A DNA stretch of 64,000 nt from Eledone cirrhosa (lineage: Eukaryota): contig OZ024741.1 of assembly GCA_964016885.1 (NCBI GenBank), forward strand, positions 151,962,001-152,026,000. The letters are read 5' to 3'. Numbering within the stretch: position 1 is the stretch's first letter; each line of letters begins with the position of its first letter. Below, in pieces: positions 41,600 to 55,479 of this stretch. The notes below the pieces were generated by a model. That model worked only from the letters and a program-made list of their open reading frames with translations, was not told the DNA's origin and did no database searches. The translations under genes and the position numbers were made by a program.

Positions 41600-43272
41600 A
41601 GCACTCAGTCCATGGGACGAGTTAAGTGGTTTAACTCCTTCAAATCCAAAAAAGTGAAGTTCACGCAGTTTGACATTGTTGATTTTTACCCGTCGATCTC
41701 AGAGACCCTGTTAAACAAAGCGTTGGACTTCGCTACCACTTACACTACCGTCGATGGTTTAGACAGGGAAATCATCACTCACTGCCGGAAAACCCTCCTC
41801 TTCAACGACGGAGTAGCCTGGGCAAAGAAGTCTACATCTTCAGACCTGTTCGACGTCTCCATGGGATCGTTTGACAGTGCTGACGTATGCGACTTGGTTG
41901 GCCTATTTATTTTAGACATATTACGTGTTAGATTCCCGAACTTCCACACGGGAATATACTGCGACGATGGACTGACCTTATGGAGCCATAAAAGTGGTCA
42001 CGACCTCGACCGGTTTAAAAAAGACTTAGCTTCTACCTTCGATGAGTTAGGACTTAGGATAACAGTAGCTAACAACCTCTCTAGCGTAGATTTCTTAGAC
42101 ATTAATTTAGACCTTCACACACACACCCACAGACCCTTCCGTAAGCTGCTAAACGAAAAACTCAATTACATTCACAAGGACTCATGCCACCCTCCCACTG
42201 TTTTTAGAAACTTCGTAAATAATATCAGTACTAGAATCTCAAACCTCTCCTCTAATAAGGCTATCTTTGACAGGGCGGCACCCTACTATAACACGGCGTT
42301 AGCTAACAGCGGCTTCTCGCAACCTATCATTTACTCTCCCACTAACAACAACAGCATAAGAAAAGAAAGCGTAAGAATAGACAAACTATCTGGTTCTCCC
42401 CTCCCTTCTCACTCAACGTTAAAACCAATGTAGGCAAAAATTTCTAGCCCTCTTAGATAGACACTTTCCCATAGGTCATAAATACCACTCCATTTTTAAC
42501 CAACACAAAGTAAAACTAGGATACTCCTGCGCTAAGATCATGAAGGCCCACATCACCAACAGCCCTAAGAGCAACACCCCACGGGGGTGCTCTTGCCGTA
42601 AGCCCGAAGCTTGTCCCCTTTAACAGCAATGCAGCACACCCGCTGTAGTTTATGAAGCTGTGGTCACTTCCAACCGATCAAATCAATCACAGGAGGTCAA
42701 ATCCTATGTGGGAATGGTGGAGGACCGATTTAAGGAACGCTTCCTGAACCACCAGTCGACCTTTAGGTACCCGGACAGACTTCATCCACGAAACTCGCGA
42801 GCCACGTATGGTCCCTCAGGGACTCAAGTATAAACTACTCCATTCAATGGAAAGCCATCACTAAGTCCAAGCCATACGCAAGGGGCAATCCGTCGTGTGG
42901 ACTATGTATTGATGAACGAATAAATATTCTAAAGAGATTACGTAATAGTGATTGCCTAAACACGAGAAATGAATTCTTCACACGTTGTCCACACGTCTGG
43001 AAATACCTCTTACGTAACTACAAAGCTCCGGATTGAATTACAACAACATCTTAATTTTCTTATCAACTAGAAAATTTCGGACTTTCGCAGTTATCTCCCT
43101 TACACCTCTCGCACGCAATTTAGTATTGCCTGTGAGAAGTGATCGTTTCTGCGCATGCGCGTTCGTACGGTTGTCCTTCCTGTTCCGTATAACCATGTCA
43201 ATTAGGAGCTGAGGATCCGCTAAGGTGAAACAATTGTTCTCGGTATGGTGAACTAACTGGTGCGTTACCACT
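41600..43272 (+). mobile_element. 5'-truncated Naiad-like Penelope retroelement (RT, CxCx5C linker, GIY-YIG), decayed
   Basis: QFDIVDFYPSI, MGSFDSADVCDLVGLFIL, GIYCDDGL; after a frameshift GCSCRKPEACPL, VVYEA..SYVG, CGLC, LNTRNEFFTRCPH; hammerhead at 43206-43241; (TA)n at both ends. Confidence 0.92.
43206..43241 (+). ncRNA. Minimal type I hammerhead in Penelope 3' region
   Basis: GAG-CTGAGGA-tCC-gctaa-GGt-GAAA-CAATTG-TT-CTC. Confidence 0.75.
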
Positions 43273-43290
43273 TATATATATATATAAATA

Positions 43291-43537
43291 TAGTTATGTA
43301 ATAAACAACATAGGGCAATTATTCCATTTACTAGTGGTTTCTTAAAAGCAAAAGATTTTGCTTTCAATCCTCAGAATGAAAAAATCATGGTCTGTTTATT
43401 GAATTTGGATTTTAAAAACAAAAATGCAATCTATATGAAAGTGAGGCTGGAGAAAGAAGAAGGAAAGGAAAAATAAAATAAAACCACACATGCAAACACA
43501 CACACAAACACGCACACACACACACAAAAGCATACAT

Positions 43538-43579
<42 letters not shown>

Positions 43580-44064
43580 GGTGGCTGCCAACTCGTTTTC
43601 GAGTACGGCCACTACTTTATATCCATGTAGGAGAACCCCTACTGATGCGCTAAACAAGTGTGACTTTTTAGTCCAGCCAGCGACTTGAAAACTCTGGTAC
43701 AAACACTACACTTGTGACAATTATTGACACATAGTGCTAGGCCCATGGTACCATATGACGACAAGTGCAGAGAGATCTCCAGATATAAAGCAATGCCTGT
43801 GCCGTGAAGCTTTTATAGTGAGCAAAGGCACTGCACAAAACCAGTCCCACTCTCTTAACCAAGATGATATTTACCAAAATATATATATACATACACTCAT
43901 ACATACACACACACATATATACACACATATATGTGTATATAAATACACACATACACATACATATATACATACATACGCACATAAATATCAACACATCCAT
44001 ACATACACATACATATATAGAACCACACACACATATATACACACATACATACACGTAGAAATAG

Positions 44065-44115
<51 letters not shown>

Positions 44116-44560
44116 TGCATACACATACATAAACATAGCCATACACACATACATATACATACATACATACACACAATCATACCTATATACACACGTACAT
44201 ACATACACATACATAAATGCGTACGTATACATGTACAAAATTAGAAAAATATACACTCCTCTACATATTCACACACGCAAATAAATATAAGAAAAAATAT
44301 ATATAAAAAAATAAAATAATAATAAAGATTATTATAGAGTTGACAGCGATACAAATGACGGGTAGATGAACAGACACGCGTAGTAAGTAATACACACAAA
44401 TGCACGTATACATACGTACGAAATAGTAAATACATACACACACTCTCACACATAAATATACATATACAAATACATAAACACATACATACACATACATAAA
44501 TACATACACAAACATGCACACACACACGTATACAATTATACACACACATATACACATACA
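43291..44560 (-). mobile_element. Inverted pLTR-like copy (hammerhead 43322-43381) matching 47480-47930 + 49660-50196
   Basis: Reverse complement of the downstream copy, including tctgttcatctacccgtcatttgtatcgctgtcaactc. Confidence 0.85.
43578..43878 (-). mobile_element. 3' part of short RTE-related non-autonomous element (copy of 53840-54130)
   Basis: Reverse complement of 53840-54130; ends ttggcagccacc + (TA)n. Confidence 0.8.
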
Positions 44561-44580
44561 TATATATATATATATATATA

Positions 44581-46210
44581 AACTTTACTCTTTACTAATG
44601 ATAATATTTGGGTTAAAAAGTCAAACCCTGAAAACTCTTTTGATGTTGCAATGGGTTCATATGACAGTGCGGATGTGTGTGACTTAGTAGGATTATTCCT
44701 TCTCCACACCCTCAAAGAGAAATTTCCTTCCCATAATATCGGTTTATACCGTGATGACGGATTAGCAGTTTCTCATAGCACCAACGGCCATAACCTTGAT
44801 AAATTCCGTAAAGATTCAATCAATACCTTTGCTAATCTTAACCTTAAAATCACTATAGATACGAACCTTACTAATGCTAACTTTCTTAATATTAATCTTG
44901 ATCTACTTACCGCCTCTTTTAAACCCTATCATAAACCTAATGAAAATCTTAGGTATATACACAAAGAGTCTTGCCATCCCCCTATAGTTTTTAATAATCT
45001 TATTCCTAACATTAGCCGTAGGATTTCTACCTTATCTTCGTCTATAGACATTTTTAATAAAGCCGCCCCTTATTATTATAAAGCCCTTAAGAACAGCGGT
45101 TTTACAGAAACATTTTCTTATTTACCTACTGCCCCCCCCCCCCCCCCTAAAACTAACCACAATAAGAGGAAAAGGAAAATTATTTGGTTCATACCCCCCT
45201 TCTCTCTAACTGTCAAAACTAATGTAGGAAGGAAATTCCTTGAACTCTTAGACAAACATTTTCCTCCTAATCATAGATATTATAAGATATTTAATAGGAA
45301 CGTAGTTAAGATCAGCTACTCTTGTTGCCCATCTATGAAGTCCAAGATCACCAGTTCAAACCATATGAGAACAAATCCAGGATGCAGTTGCAGGAAGCCG
45401 GATGAATGCTCATTGCAGGGTAAATGTAACACCAAATCTGTTGTTTATGAGGCTAAAATAACACTGGTAATCAACAACCAGCCAGCCAGAAGTGAGCGAT
45501 ATGTTGGTATGACCCAGGACAGGTTTAAAACCAGATTTTACTCACATGTCGCTTCTTTTAAGCTCTCCGATAAACGAACATCAACGGCCCTCGCAAGTAA
45601 GGTGTGGGAGTTCAAGGATAGTAACATCCCGTACTCTATCGATTGGTCTATCTTAGACCATTCGAGGGAGTACCAAAGGGGCACAAAGAATTGTTCTTTG
45701 TGTACCACAGAAAAATATAGGATTTTGCTAAACTTGAGAGCCACTTCCGCTTGCCTTAACTCAAAGACTGAGATCTTCAGATGCTGTCCTCATCTGAAAT
45801 CACATCTGATCTGTAACTGGATTGACACTCCTATGATAAATCAACCGCCTTGAACTCCTTCTCTGCTTTTTACTTCTGCTACGGTTTTTTTTATTTTGCT
45901 GAATCTACGTTCTGTACTCTTGTATATATTGTTTTCTCCCTTATCTCCCCTTATATTTCACCTTTTCCTATGTCTCCCCCCCCCCATATATTCTTTTTGC
46001 CTTACCCTTCACATACCTATATGTATGTGTATGTATGTTTATGTGTATATATATATATATGTATATATATATGTGTGTGTGTATATATATGTATATATAG
46101 ATAGACCAGGTTTTTTTCATTCTGAGGATTGAAGGCAAAATTTTTTTGCTTTTAAGAAACCACTGGTGAATGGAATAAAATTGCCTTATGTTGCTTATTA
46201 CTTTACTACT
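44581..46210 (+). mobile_element. 5'-truncated Naiad-like Penelope with uninterrupted 400-aa RT-C-term/GIY-YIG ORF (44651-45853)
   Basis: MGSYDSADVCDLVGLFLL, GLYRDDGL, RKIIWFIPPFS, ISYSC, GCSCRKPDEC, VVYEA..RYVG, CSLC, LNSKTEIFRCCPH; hammerhead-like motif ~46115-46174 with GUG triplet. Confidence 0.95.
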
Positions 46211-47111
46211 ATATATATGTATATGTAAGGTTCATATGAATTATCTAAGATTGAATTTTACACACACACACATATATATGCATATATGTATATATGAATT
46301 CTCCTACCTTCCTTCGATGTACCTCTGTTGACCATTGGACTCCTGCCCGGGTGTGAACCGGTTTGTGATTACCCCACCGCTCAACTGTGTGAATGCACAC
46401 CCGTGACTTTCGAGTGAACTTTTGAGACTGCCCAACCTAGGACGTCTCCATTGCATTGCAATGGTCAAGTGATACCGATAACTGTGACACTTAGGGCCTT
46501 CGTGGGCCCCTGATATATTCAAGAAATATATTCTAAAAAAAATATATATCTTATCTCAATTTACTTTATTTTATTTTATTTTATTTCATTTCATTTTATT
46601 TAATTTTATTTATTTAATTTTATTTAATTATATCTTATATTATATTATTTTATTTTAGTTTATTTTATTTTATTTTATTTTATTTTATTTTATCTTATTT
46701 TATTATCATATTATTTTATTTTATTTCATTCCTTACCCTGTATCACTATTATCTGTATATTTTATATGTATGTTTTTTTATATTTTCTTATATATATTAT
46801 ATGTCTATTTTTTACCTATTTTTTACCTATTTTTTATCTATTCTTACCTACTCCTATCTATCTTATCTATTCTTGTCTGTTCTCTTATCCATGTGTATGC
46901 TTGTATGTAACTATATGTTGACAGCACCCCGCCCAACTGTGACTGATAGCACCCCTTATTTTTCAATTATTTTTCAATTATTTTTCAATGTTTATTTTTC
47001 AATGTTTATTTTTATTTTTACTTCCTCAATATTTTTTATCTTTTATCATTTTTTATTCTTTATTTCTTCAATGTCTCGGATTTGTTATTGCTTGTGTGAT
47101 ATGTAATCAAC

Positions 47112-47169
47112 CTTTATGCTCTGATGAGTCCCACTTATAGTGCGGATGAAACAATGTTAGCAAGTAAAG
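47112..47169 (+). ncRNA. Type I hammerhead ribozyme
   Basis: CTTTATGCT-CTGATGA-GTCC-CAC-ttata-GTG-c-GGAT-GAAA-C-aat-G-TT-AGCA-ag-TAAAG. Confidence 0.85.
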
Positions 47170-47305
47170 ATATGCATATGCTATAGGCGTTCTTTGTTGT
47201 TGATTATATCACGGCTCTGTCCTCAGACATCGAGCTAACCTTATACTGCCTGTTGGATAAGTGGAGTGTTATAAACCCCTGATCCTCTCCCTAATATACT
47301 ATATG

Positions 47306-47338
<33 letters not shown>

Positions 47339-47930
47339 GTTTGTATTTGGTTGTGCGTGTTTATGATATGTACGTATTTGTATGTGTATAATTGTATAGC
47401 TCTGTATGTATGTGTGTATGTATACATATATATGTGTGTGTATGTGTGTGTGTGTATATTTATATATATATATATATATATGTATGTGTATATGTGTGTG
47501 TATAATTGTATACGTGTGTGTGTGCGTGTTTGTGTATGTATTTGTGTATGTGTATGTATGTGTTTATCTATTTGTATATGTATATTTATGTGTGAGAGTG
47601 TGTGTATGTATTTACTATTTCGTACGTATGTATACGTGCATTTGTGTGTATTACTTACCACGCGTGTCTGTTCATCTACCCGTCATTTGTATCGCTGTCA
47701 ACTCTATAATAATCTTTATTATTATTTTATTTTTTATTATATATTTTTTCTTATATTTATTTGCGTGTGTGAATATGTAGAGGAGTGTATATTTTTCTAA
47801 TTTTGTACATGTATATGTACGCATTTATGTATGTGTATGTATGTACGTGTGTATATAGGTATGATTGTGTGCATGTATGTATGTATATGTATGTGTGTAT
47901 GGCTATGTTTATGTATGTGTATGCATGTAC

Positions 47931-49612
47931 ATTGTACGACAACTACAGGAGAAGTACCTAGTTAAAGGTAAACCTCTCTACTTAGCTTTTGTCGACTTGG
48001 AGAAAGCCTTCGACAGAGTCCCCCGCTCCATTATCTGGTGGGCTCTTAGAAAACTAGGCGTTGACGAATGGCTTGTGAGAGCTATACAAGCCATGTATAA
48101 AGAAACAGTCAGCAAGGTTAGAATTAACAACGAATATAGTGAAGAGTTTAGCGTAAAAGTTGGCGTCCATCAGGGCTCTGTTCTCAGCCCCCTACTATTT
48201 ATTATTGCCCTTCAGGCTATAACAGAGGAGTTCAAGACCGGCTGCCCATGGGAACTCCTATACGCGGACGACCTGACACTCATAGCGGAATCAATGGCCG
48301 AGCTAGAGAAGAAATTCCAAACATGGAAGCACGGCCTAGAATCAAAAGGCCTTAAAATTAACCTGGCTAAGACTAAAGTTCTAGTTTGTAGGAAAGAAAA
48401 TAAGGCGGCGGTCCCTTCTGGGAAATGGTCGTGCTCGGTGTGTAGGAAAGGCGTAGGTAGAAACTCCATTTTATGTCCTAAATGCAAAGTATGGGTGCAT
48501 AAAAGATGTAGTGGGATCACAGGTAAGCTAACTAAGAACATAGATTTTACATGTGGCCGGTTTTCTGGTGCAATAAGTAGCAGCAAGTGCCCACAAAATA
48601 CTAGCTCTTTCAATTGCGCAGAGGGTTCTATAGAAATAGTGGACAGTTTCCGTTACCTGGGTGATAAAATCAGCAGTGGGGGAGGGTGCTCTGAAAGTAC
48701 AGTAGCTAGAGTCAGAACTGGTTGGAAAAAGTTCAGAGAGCTTATACCACTATTAGCTGCTAAAGGGTTCTCCCTAAAAATGAAAGGCAGGTTGTACGAT
48801 GCCTGCATACGAACAGCAATGTTGCATGGCAGTGAGACCTGGGCATTGTGTGCAGAGGATATACGCAGACTAGAGAGGAACGAAGCTTGCATGCTCCGCT
48901 GGATGTGTAACAGTAATATACGTGAACGGCAAAGCATAAACGAACTAAGGAAAAAATTAGAAATAAGAGGGATCAGATGTTGTTTACTCGAGAGAAGGCT
49001 ACGTTGGTATGGACACGTGATGCGCATGAAAGTCGATAGCTGTATAACAAAGTGTAGGGCAATAAAGATAGACGGTAGCCACGGAATAGGCAGACCTAGA
49101 AAAATCTGACACGAGCTGATAAACTCCGACCTCACACACTTACACCTCTCCAAGACAATGTCACTGGACCGAGACCTTTGGCGGTACTCAGTAACAGAGA
49201 AGACCCGCCTTACCTAAATACATAGTAAAACCTACTACAGCCAGTAGGCATCTCTAACAAAATACCCCCGTCCCACCACCCCCACCCCATCCACACCACC
49301 CCGTTCTATGTAAAGTTATGTTGGTGCCACACCATCCAGGCCGAAACAAATGAGATCGTGTAGGTGTCACGACAAAAAAACACACAGTCCACGCTGTAAT
49401 GTGGCCGTGTAGGCAACACGGTAAAAACCTCCCAGACCCACACTGTAAATGTGGTTGGTGTTAGGAAGGGCATCCAACTGTAGAAAACCTGCCAGACAGT
49501 CCTATGCGAGCAAGACAATCACTCTTGCCTCAAGTGGGACTACCCCCGTCCAAACCCATGCAAGCGTGGAACACGGACGTTAAACGTTGATGATGATGAT
49601 GATGATGATGAT
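47931..49612 (+). mobile_element. 5'-truncated RTE-clade LINE with PHD-like finger inside RT and (TGA)n tail
   Basis: FVDLEKAFDRVPR, GVHQGSVLSPLLF, LLYADDL, FRYLG, MLHGSETW, RRLRWYGHVMRM, GRPRK; tail cggacgttaaacgt(tga)n. Confidence 0.95.
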
Positions 49613-49615
49613 ATG

Positions 49616-49664
<49 letters not shown>

Positions 49665-49839
49665 TTATATTTCTATGTGTATGTATGTGTGTATATATGT
49701 GTCTGTTGTTGTATATATGTATGTATATGTATGGATGTGTTGATATTTATGTGCGTATGTATGTGTATATGTATGTGTATGTGTGTATTTATATACACAT
49801 AAATGTGTGTATATATGTGTGTGTGTATGTATGAGTGTA

Positions 49840-49907
<68 letters not shown>

Positions 49908-50104
49908 TGCATACACATATTTATATATATATATATGTGTGTGTGAGTATGTATGCTTTTGTGTGTGTGTGTGCGTGTTTGTGTGTGTGTTTGCATGTGT
50001 GGTTTTATTTTATTTTTCCTTTCTTTCTTCTTACTCCAGCCTCACTGTCATATAGATTGCATTTTTGTTTTTAAAATCCAAATTCAATAAACAGACCAGG
50101 ATTT

Positions 50105-50164
50105 TTTCATTCTGAGGATTGAAAGCAAAATCTTTTGCTTTTAAGAAACCACTAGTAAATGGAA
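50105..50164 (+). ncRNA. Type I hammerhead ribozyme; mirror copy 43322-43381 (-)
   Basis: TTCATT-CTGAGGA-TTGAAAGCAAAA-tc-TTTTGCTTTTAA-GAAA-C-cacta-G-TA-AATGGA. Confidence 0.85.
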
Positions 50165-50286
50165 TAATTGCCTTATGTTGTTTATTACATAACTATTAAG
50201 CTCTGTTACCTACATAGAGCACTCTTTTTTCCTGGACTTTTACGACAGAATTACTTCATTTATATATATATATTTATATATATATA

Positions 50287-51424
50287 CGAGGGGGAAGAAA
50301 AGTTCATAGGCTGACTATGAAGAAGTGGTGCTTGAGATGTGCAATTTTGCATGCAATCATTTCAACTATTCAGCAGGTGTAGATTACCTCTAAGGAAGTC
50401 GTGCCTATCCTCAGTTCGCCGATCCTCCCGAATGTCATTCGCCCTACCGCCAGATTCAGGCTACGCCAGCTAGAAAACCTGATGAGTTGACTGAGCCTGA
50501 TTAACGCCCACCCGACACTCGTTTTGTTGGAGAACTGCCTCGCCATGCTGAAGCTCCTATACACCTTCCGCTGTGCCCCCTGCTGCCGCCAAGCATCTCT
50601 CCTCACAGATCTCTACGTCTACATCTGACGGGCTGCTGAGGAGATTTGCAACGTCCAGTTTGACGACGCCGAAGGAAAACAGGCCCCCGCCCACATACCC
50701 GTCAGATATGGTGCCCTTGGTCTCTGGTCTCCATTTTCACTGGCTCTGTCTGCTTTCATTTCGTCAGTGAGCACTTGATATGTCTTCGTCAACAGGGTTT
50801 TCCACAACACAGCTTAACCTACAGTGATCTGAGAACGAGTGGTGGCCTAAGCGACATGGAACCAGCTCGGCCTCCACCCTGTGAACGTCCATCCTTCTCT
50901 TCCCTCCGTAGACGTCCAGTCCCCCCAAAACAAAAGGGACCTCGAACAGACTGATGCACTGGCATGTTTTTGTTTGGCTTCCCAAGACCACAGTGGGGCC
51001 TGACTCAACGATATCGGTGCGAACCAAGTGAGGTGGAGTGACAAAAGGCTATCAAGACCAAACGTCCAGGAAAACTGACGAAAAGGGACTTGTTTCATTA
51101 GGACAATGATCCAGCACACAAGTCCTTGGTTACAATGGCTGATGTACGTGACAGTGATTTTGAACTAGTTGATCACCCTCCCTATTCTTCTGATTTAACT
51201 CCATCTGACTATCATCTGTTCCCCAACATGAAAAAATACTTACTTGGGAACCAGTCTCGGAGTGATGATGGCCTCTTATTCTCTCTTGAGGGCTTTTTTT
51301 TACCAACAATTGGATCCAAGTACTGCGTCACCGATGGAAGAAGAGTGTGGACCGCAAGGGGATCTACGTTTAAAAATAAAGCACGAAATTATCTTGGTCA
51401 GCCTATGAATTTTAACCGATCCTA
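50287..51424 (+). mobile_element. Mariner relic, internally deleted
   Basis: TIR core aaa.ttcataggctgac / gtcagcctatgaatttt; FELVDHPPYSSDLTPSDYHLFPNMKKYL. Confidence 0.88.
50372..51010 (+). pseudogene. CRE-like LINE internal fragment nested in the mariner
   Basis: GC-richer block translating LSLINAHPTLVLLENCLAMLKLLYTFRCAP, like CRE post-RT regions. Confidence 0.6.
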
Positions 51425-51446
51425 ATATGTGCGTGTGTGTTTGTGC

Positions 51447-51598
<152 letters not shown>

Positions 51599-51631
51599 GT
51601 ATATATATATTTATATATATATATATATATA

Positions 51632-51920
51632 TATTGTTATACTTGGGGAGGGTTATATTTGTGTAATATTGCCAGAATTAATAACAGAACACACTCACTG
51701 TTTGGTTGGTTTTCGCTTTTCGCTTCTGTGTCTTTTATATCGGTAATCTAACTTACTCGGTCCTCAATGTTGCCATTGACTGACCGACGGTCAAAAATAA
51801 TACAGATACAATATAAAAGACACAGAAGCGAAAAGCGAAAACCAACCAAACAGTGAGTGTGTTCTGTTATTAATTCTGGCAATATTACACAAATATGACC
51901 CTCCCAAGTATAACAATATT
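51632..51920. repeat. ~110-bp inverted arms, (TA)n-flanked; end related to 17075-17123 and 6775
   Basis: attgttatacttgg.gagggt.atatttgtgtaatattgccagaattaat mirrored. Confidence 0.85.
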
Positions 51921-52320
51921 TGTTTCGACACACGAGTTCATATAAAAAACCTCGCAAAACTAATTCATCGCCGTTATATATATATATATATATATATATA
52001 CATGCGCTCCAACGCAAATAACCATATTAATAGTCGATTACTATAAGTAATATTTGAGCCGCCGGCTTTCTAGGGTTGTGGTTAACTCGCACGCCTACAT
52101 CTGTTTCATGTGGGTTTCCTTTGTTCCCAGGCGCCTCTGTCCCCCTTTTTTCCACCCTTAGAGGTATATTACCTAATTTTCTTAACTAGTATTCATTGTT
52201 AGCGACTAATATTGTGGTGTTTTATTTTGGGACGCACACATTTCGAATTTCAGATATTCTAAATATCTCTTAAGTCTACCACTTATATATATATATATGG
52301 GGGGGGGGGGCAGAGAAGAG

Positions 52321-52399
<79 letters not shown>

Positions 52400-53552
52400 G
52401 AGAATATGTATAGAGAGAGAATATATAACTTCCAGCGCTTAGAAATAGTCTAAATATTATGGAAGAAACAAAAACGAAATCTCTTTTGCATTTAGTTACC
52501 TAGGGGTATGTATGTTGAGTATTGTTATTGTAGTTGTTTTTGTTGTTTTAGTTGTAATTGTTATCATAATCGTTGTTGTTGGTGCAGCAGTTATTATTTT
52601 TTATTGTTGCTGTAGAAGTTTTTATTATTATTGATGTTACTATGATTGTTGTTACTTGTCATGTTATTATAGCTGTAGTCTTTGTTGCTGTAGTTGTTTT
52701 AATTTGGGCAGTGCGAAATTAGTTTTCTAAATTGTCTTATTAAATCATATAACTCAACCCTTCAAATATTTTCTCAACATAGAACCTTATTTGCATCTGA
52801 TTTATTCCCCTCAAGTTGAAGTTAGTAAAAACATCTCGAATAAAAACAATCATACATAAATTTCAAGTTGATTTACAGCCATGCAAAGTAAATTTCCTTC
52901 AAACGTTAGTTTGAAAAATGAGAGCTTTTTTGTCTGTATTTTCTTATTTGTTATTTACTTTTGTTTTTGTTCAAAATAAATCGTACTAATGTTTCTGAAA
53001 GTGAGTTCCGGGAAATCCATCGGCTCCTCGAAAAAATATAGTTCCTTGCTAAAGAACGCATCAGTGTCTGCGGCACAGATATGAAACTTCCCACCATTTC
53101 CTTTAAACTGGTTATCCGAGTGATTCGGTGTGACACAGACTACCAAACACGCATCTATTTGTATATGCGTGACAATTTATGTAGATGCTATGTTTATCGC
53201 ATGTCGAAGTTTTATGACCATTTTAGAGTGCAAAGAGCTAATCTAATCACAACTAAATTAATAAAATTTACCCCCCACCCCAATTCAGAAATGCTTCCAC
53301 CACCCCTGCACTGGTACAACTAATTTTTACCGGTGGAGTGTAGCACCGTGAAATATAGTATCTCATTCAGGAGAACATTGAACTAAAGACGTTACAATCG
53401 AGAGGTGAACATTGTTTTGTACTTCCTATCTTAAGAATAGACAATAGTTTTATATGTTCACCGCTGTATATATGTACGTATATATGTATGTATATATGTA
53501 TTTATATATGTATGTATGCATGCATGTACGTATGTAAGTATGTATATATATA

Positions 53553-54130
53553 TGGTAACATGTATCCCAGTACAACCTGTCTCATGGTCGGGTCGTTGGC
53601 GACTAAACTGGCAACCCCTCCAAGGTTTCTTGGTGAGGAGGGTGACTTTGGACATCCTGCAGGACTAAAAACAAAACCTGTCAACGGGCAAAAGAGCTCT
53701 TAAAAGTCAATGGCCATCCAAAATCACCGGGAGAGATGACCCCTTAGCCTTTGTCAAGGCAGAATTCTAGGAGAAGGAAAACTCTGATATAACACCTGCA
53801 ACCCTGATGGTATCCAATGATGTTGACTTGTTCTTCTTTTGGGTAAATATCATCTTGGTTAAGAGAGTGGGACTGGCTTTGTGCAATGCCTTTGCTCACT
53901 ATAAAAACTTCACAGCACAGGCATTGCTTTATATCTGGCGATCTCTCTGCACTTGTCGTCAGATGCGCCCAGCACTATTGGTCAATAATTGTCACAAGTG
54001 TAGTGTTTGTACCAGAGTTTTCAAGTCGCTGGCTGGACTAAAAAGTCACACTCGTTCAGCGCATCGGTAGGGGTTCTCCTACATGGATATAAAGTAGTGG
54101 ACGTACTCGAAAACAAGTTGGCAGCCACCA
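53553..54130 (+). mobile_element. Bipartite non-autonomous RTE-like element (5'UTR-like head + C2H2-coding 3' end)
   Basis: Head contains ggagaaggaaaactctga; tail encodes HKCSVCTRVFKSLAGLKSHTRSAHR*; (TA)n on both sides; partial second copy at 43578-43878. Confidence 0.6.
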
Positions 54131-54429
54131 TATATATATATATATAAACATATACATATACATGCACATACACAAACATATTCGCACACATATATAAGCA
54201 TATGAGAAAGAATGCTCAATCGGGAAGAGAGGGAAAATATATTGTCTATTTATGTTCATACACGGAACAAAATATATATACAAACATACATACATGCATA
54301 TAATAATAGGTATGTATATGGATACATATATACGTTCATGCGTACATGTATACATATATACATACATACATACAAACATGCATACAAAGATACATAAATA
54401 CATTATTTACACACAGGTGGGTTTCCGCA

Positions 54430-54612
54430 CTGGCAGTATCGGTAGAGGGTCGGACGCCATGCTTTGACGCATAGAGTTACGGCCCTTGCCATTCTGAGTT
54501 CAAATCCCGCCGAGGTTAACTTTGCCTTTCATCCTTACGGGGTCGATAAAATAAAGTACCAGTAATGTACTGAGTAATTTCTGGCCTTGTGCCAATAGTA
54601 GAAACAATTATT
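54430..54612 (+). mobile_element. tRNA-derived SINE, family A
   Basis: Near-identical to 2376-2562. Confidence 0.9.
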
Positions 54613-54719
54613 TCAATCTATGCAACACTAAATACAATTGTATTCATCAATCTATCTATATATTCTATCTCTCTATGTATCTATGTAGATAGCTATCTAT
54701 CTTTCTCTCTCTCTCTCTC

Positions 54720-54760
<41 letters not shown>

Positions 54761-54866
54761 GAAAAATGAACAAACAAAACACAGGTGCCAATTTTTACAC
54801 AATTATATTAGATTCACATATTCGCTTATATATATATATATATATATATTTATGTATATATGCGTG

Positions 54867-54933
<67 letters not shown>

Positions 54934-55035
54934 ATGTATGTGCATGTATGTACATATATATTTATCTACCTAGCTTTCCTTCTCCCTTGGTCTCTACTTA
55001 TCTCTATCTATCCAACTATCTTACTATCTCTCTGC

Positions 55036-55120
<85 letters not shown>

Positions 55121-55479
55121 CACATATATGTGTGTGTGTGTCTGTGAAGATATGTATCTATGTAATTATCTATCTTTGTAGATATTTATGTATCTATCTA
55201 TGTAGATTTCTCTAGATATGTATGTAGACATGTAAATATCATATTTACTTAAATAGTTGAGTGTAATTCTTATCATTTCCATTCATTGAAATATCTTTGA
55301 GAAAATTCAAACAATTGTGGTGCTACATTTATCTACCTGGGGAATATCGTAGATATATTAACTCATGTGTGTTTAGAGTTTCTGTCTGTTTCAATGACGA
55401 ACGTTCCAGCTGATTCGATCAACCACATAACCTGCGCATGAAATATTACGGTTTCATAATCTTTATGAACTGGATTGAC

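Noticed and set aside
42580-45853. Selenocysteine recoding in the Naiad-like ORFs
   Set aside because: Conserved Cys positions are TGY codons; the internal stop near 42620 is TAA; no SECIS recognised
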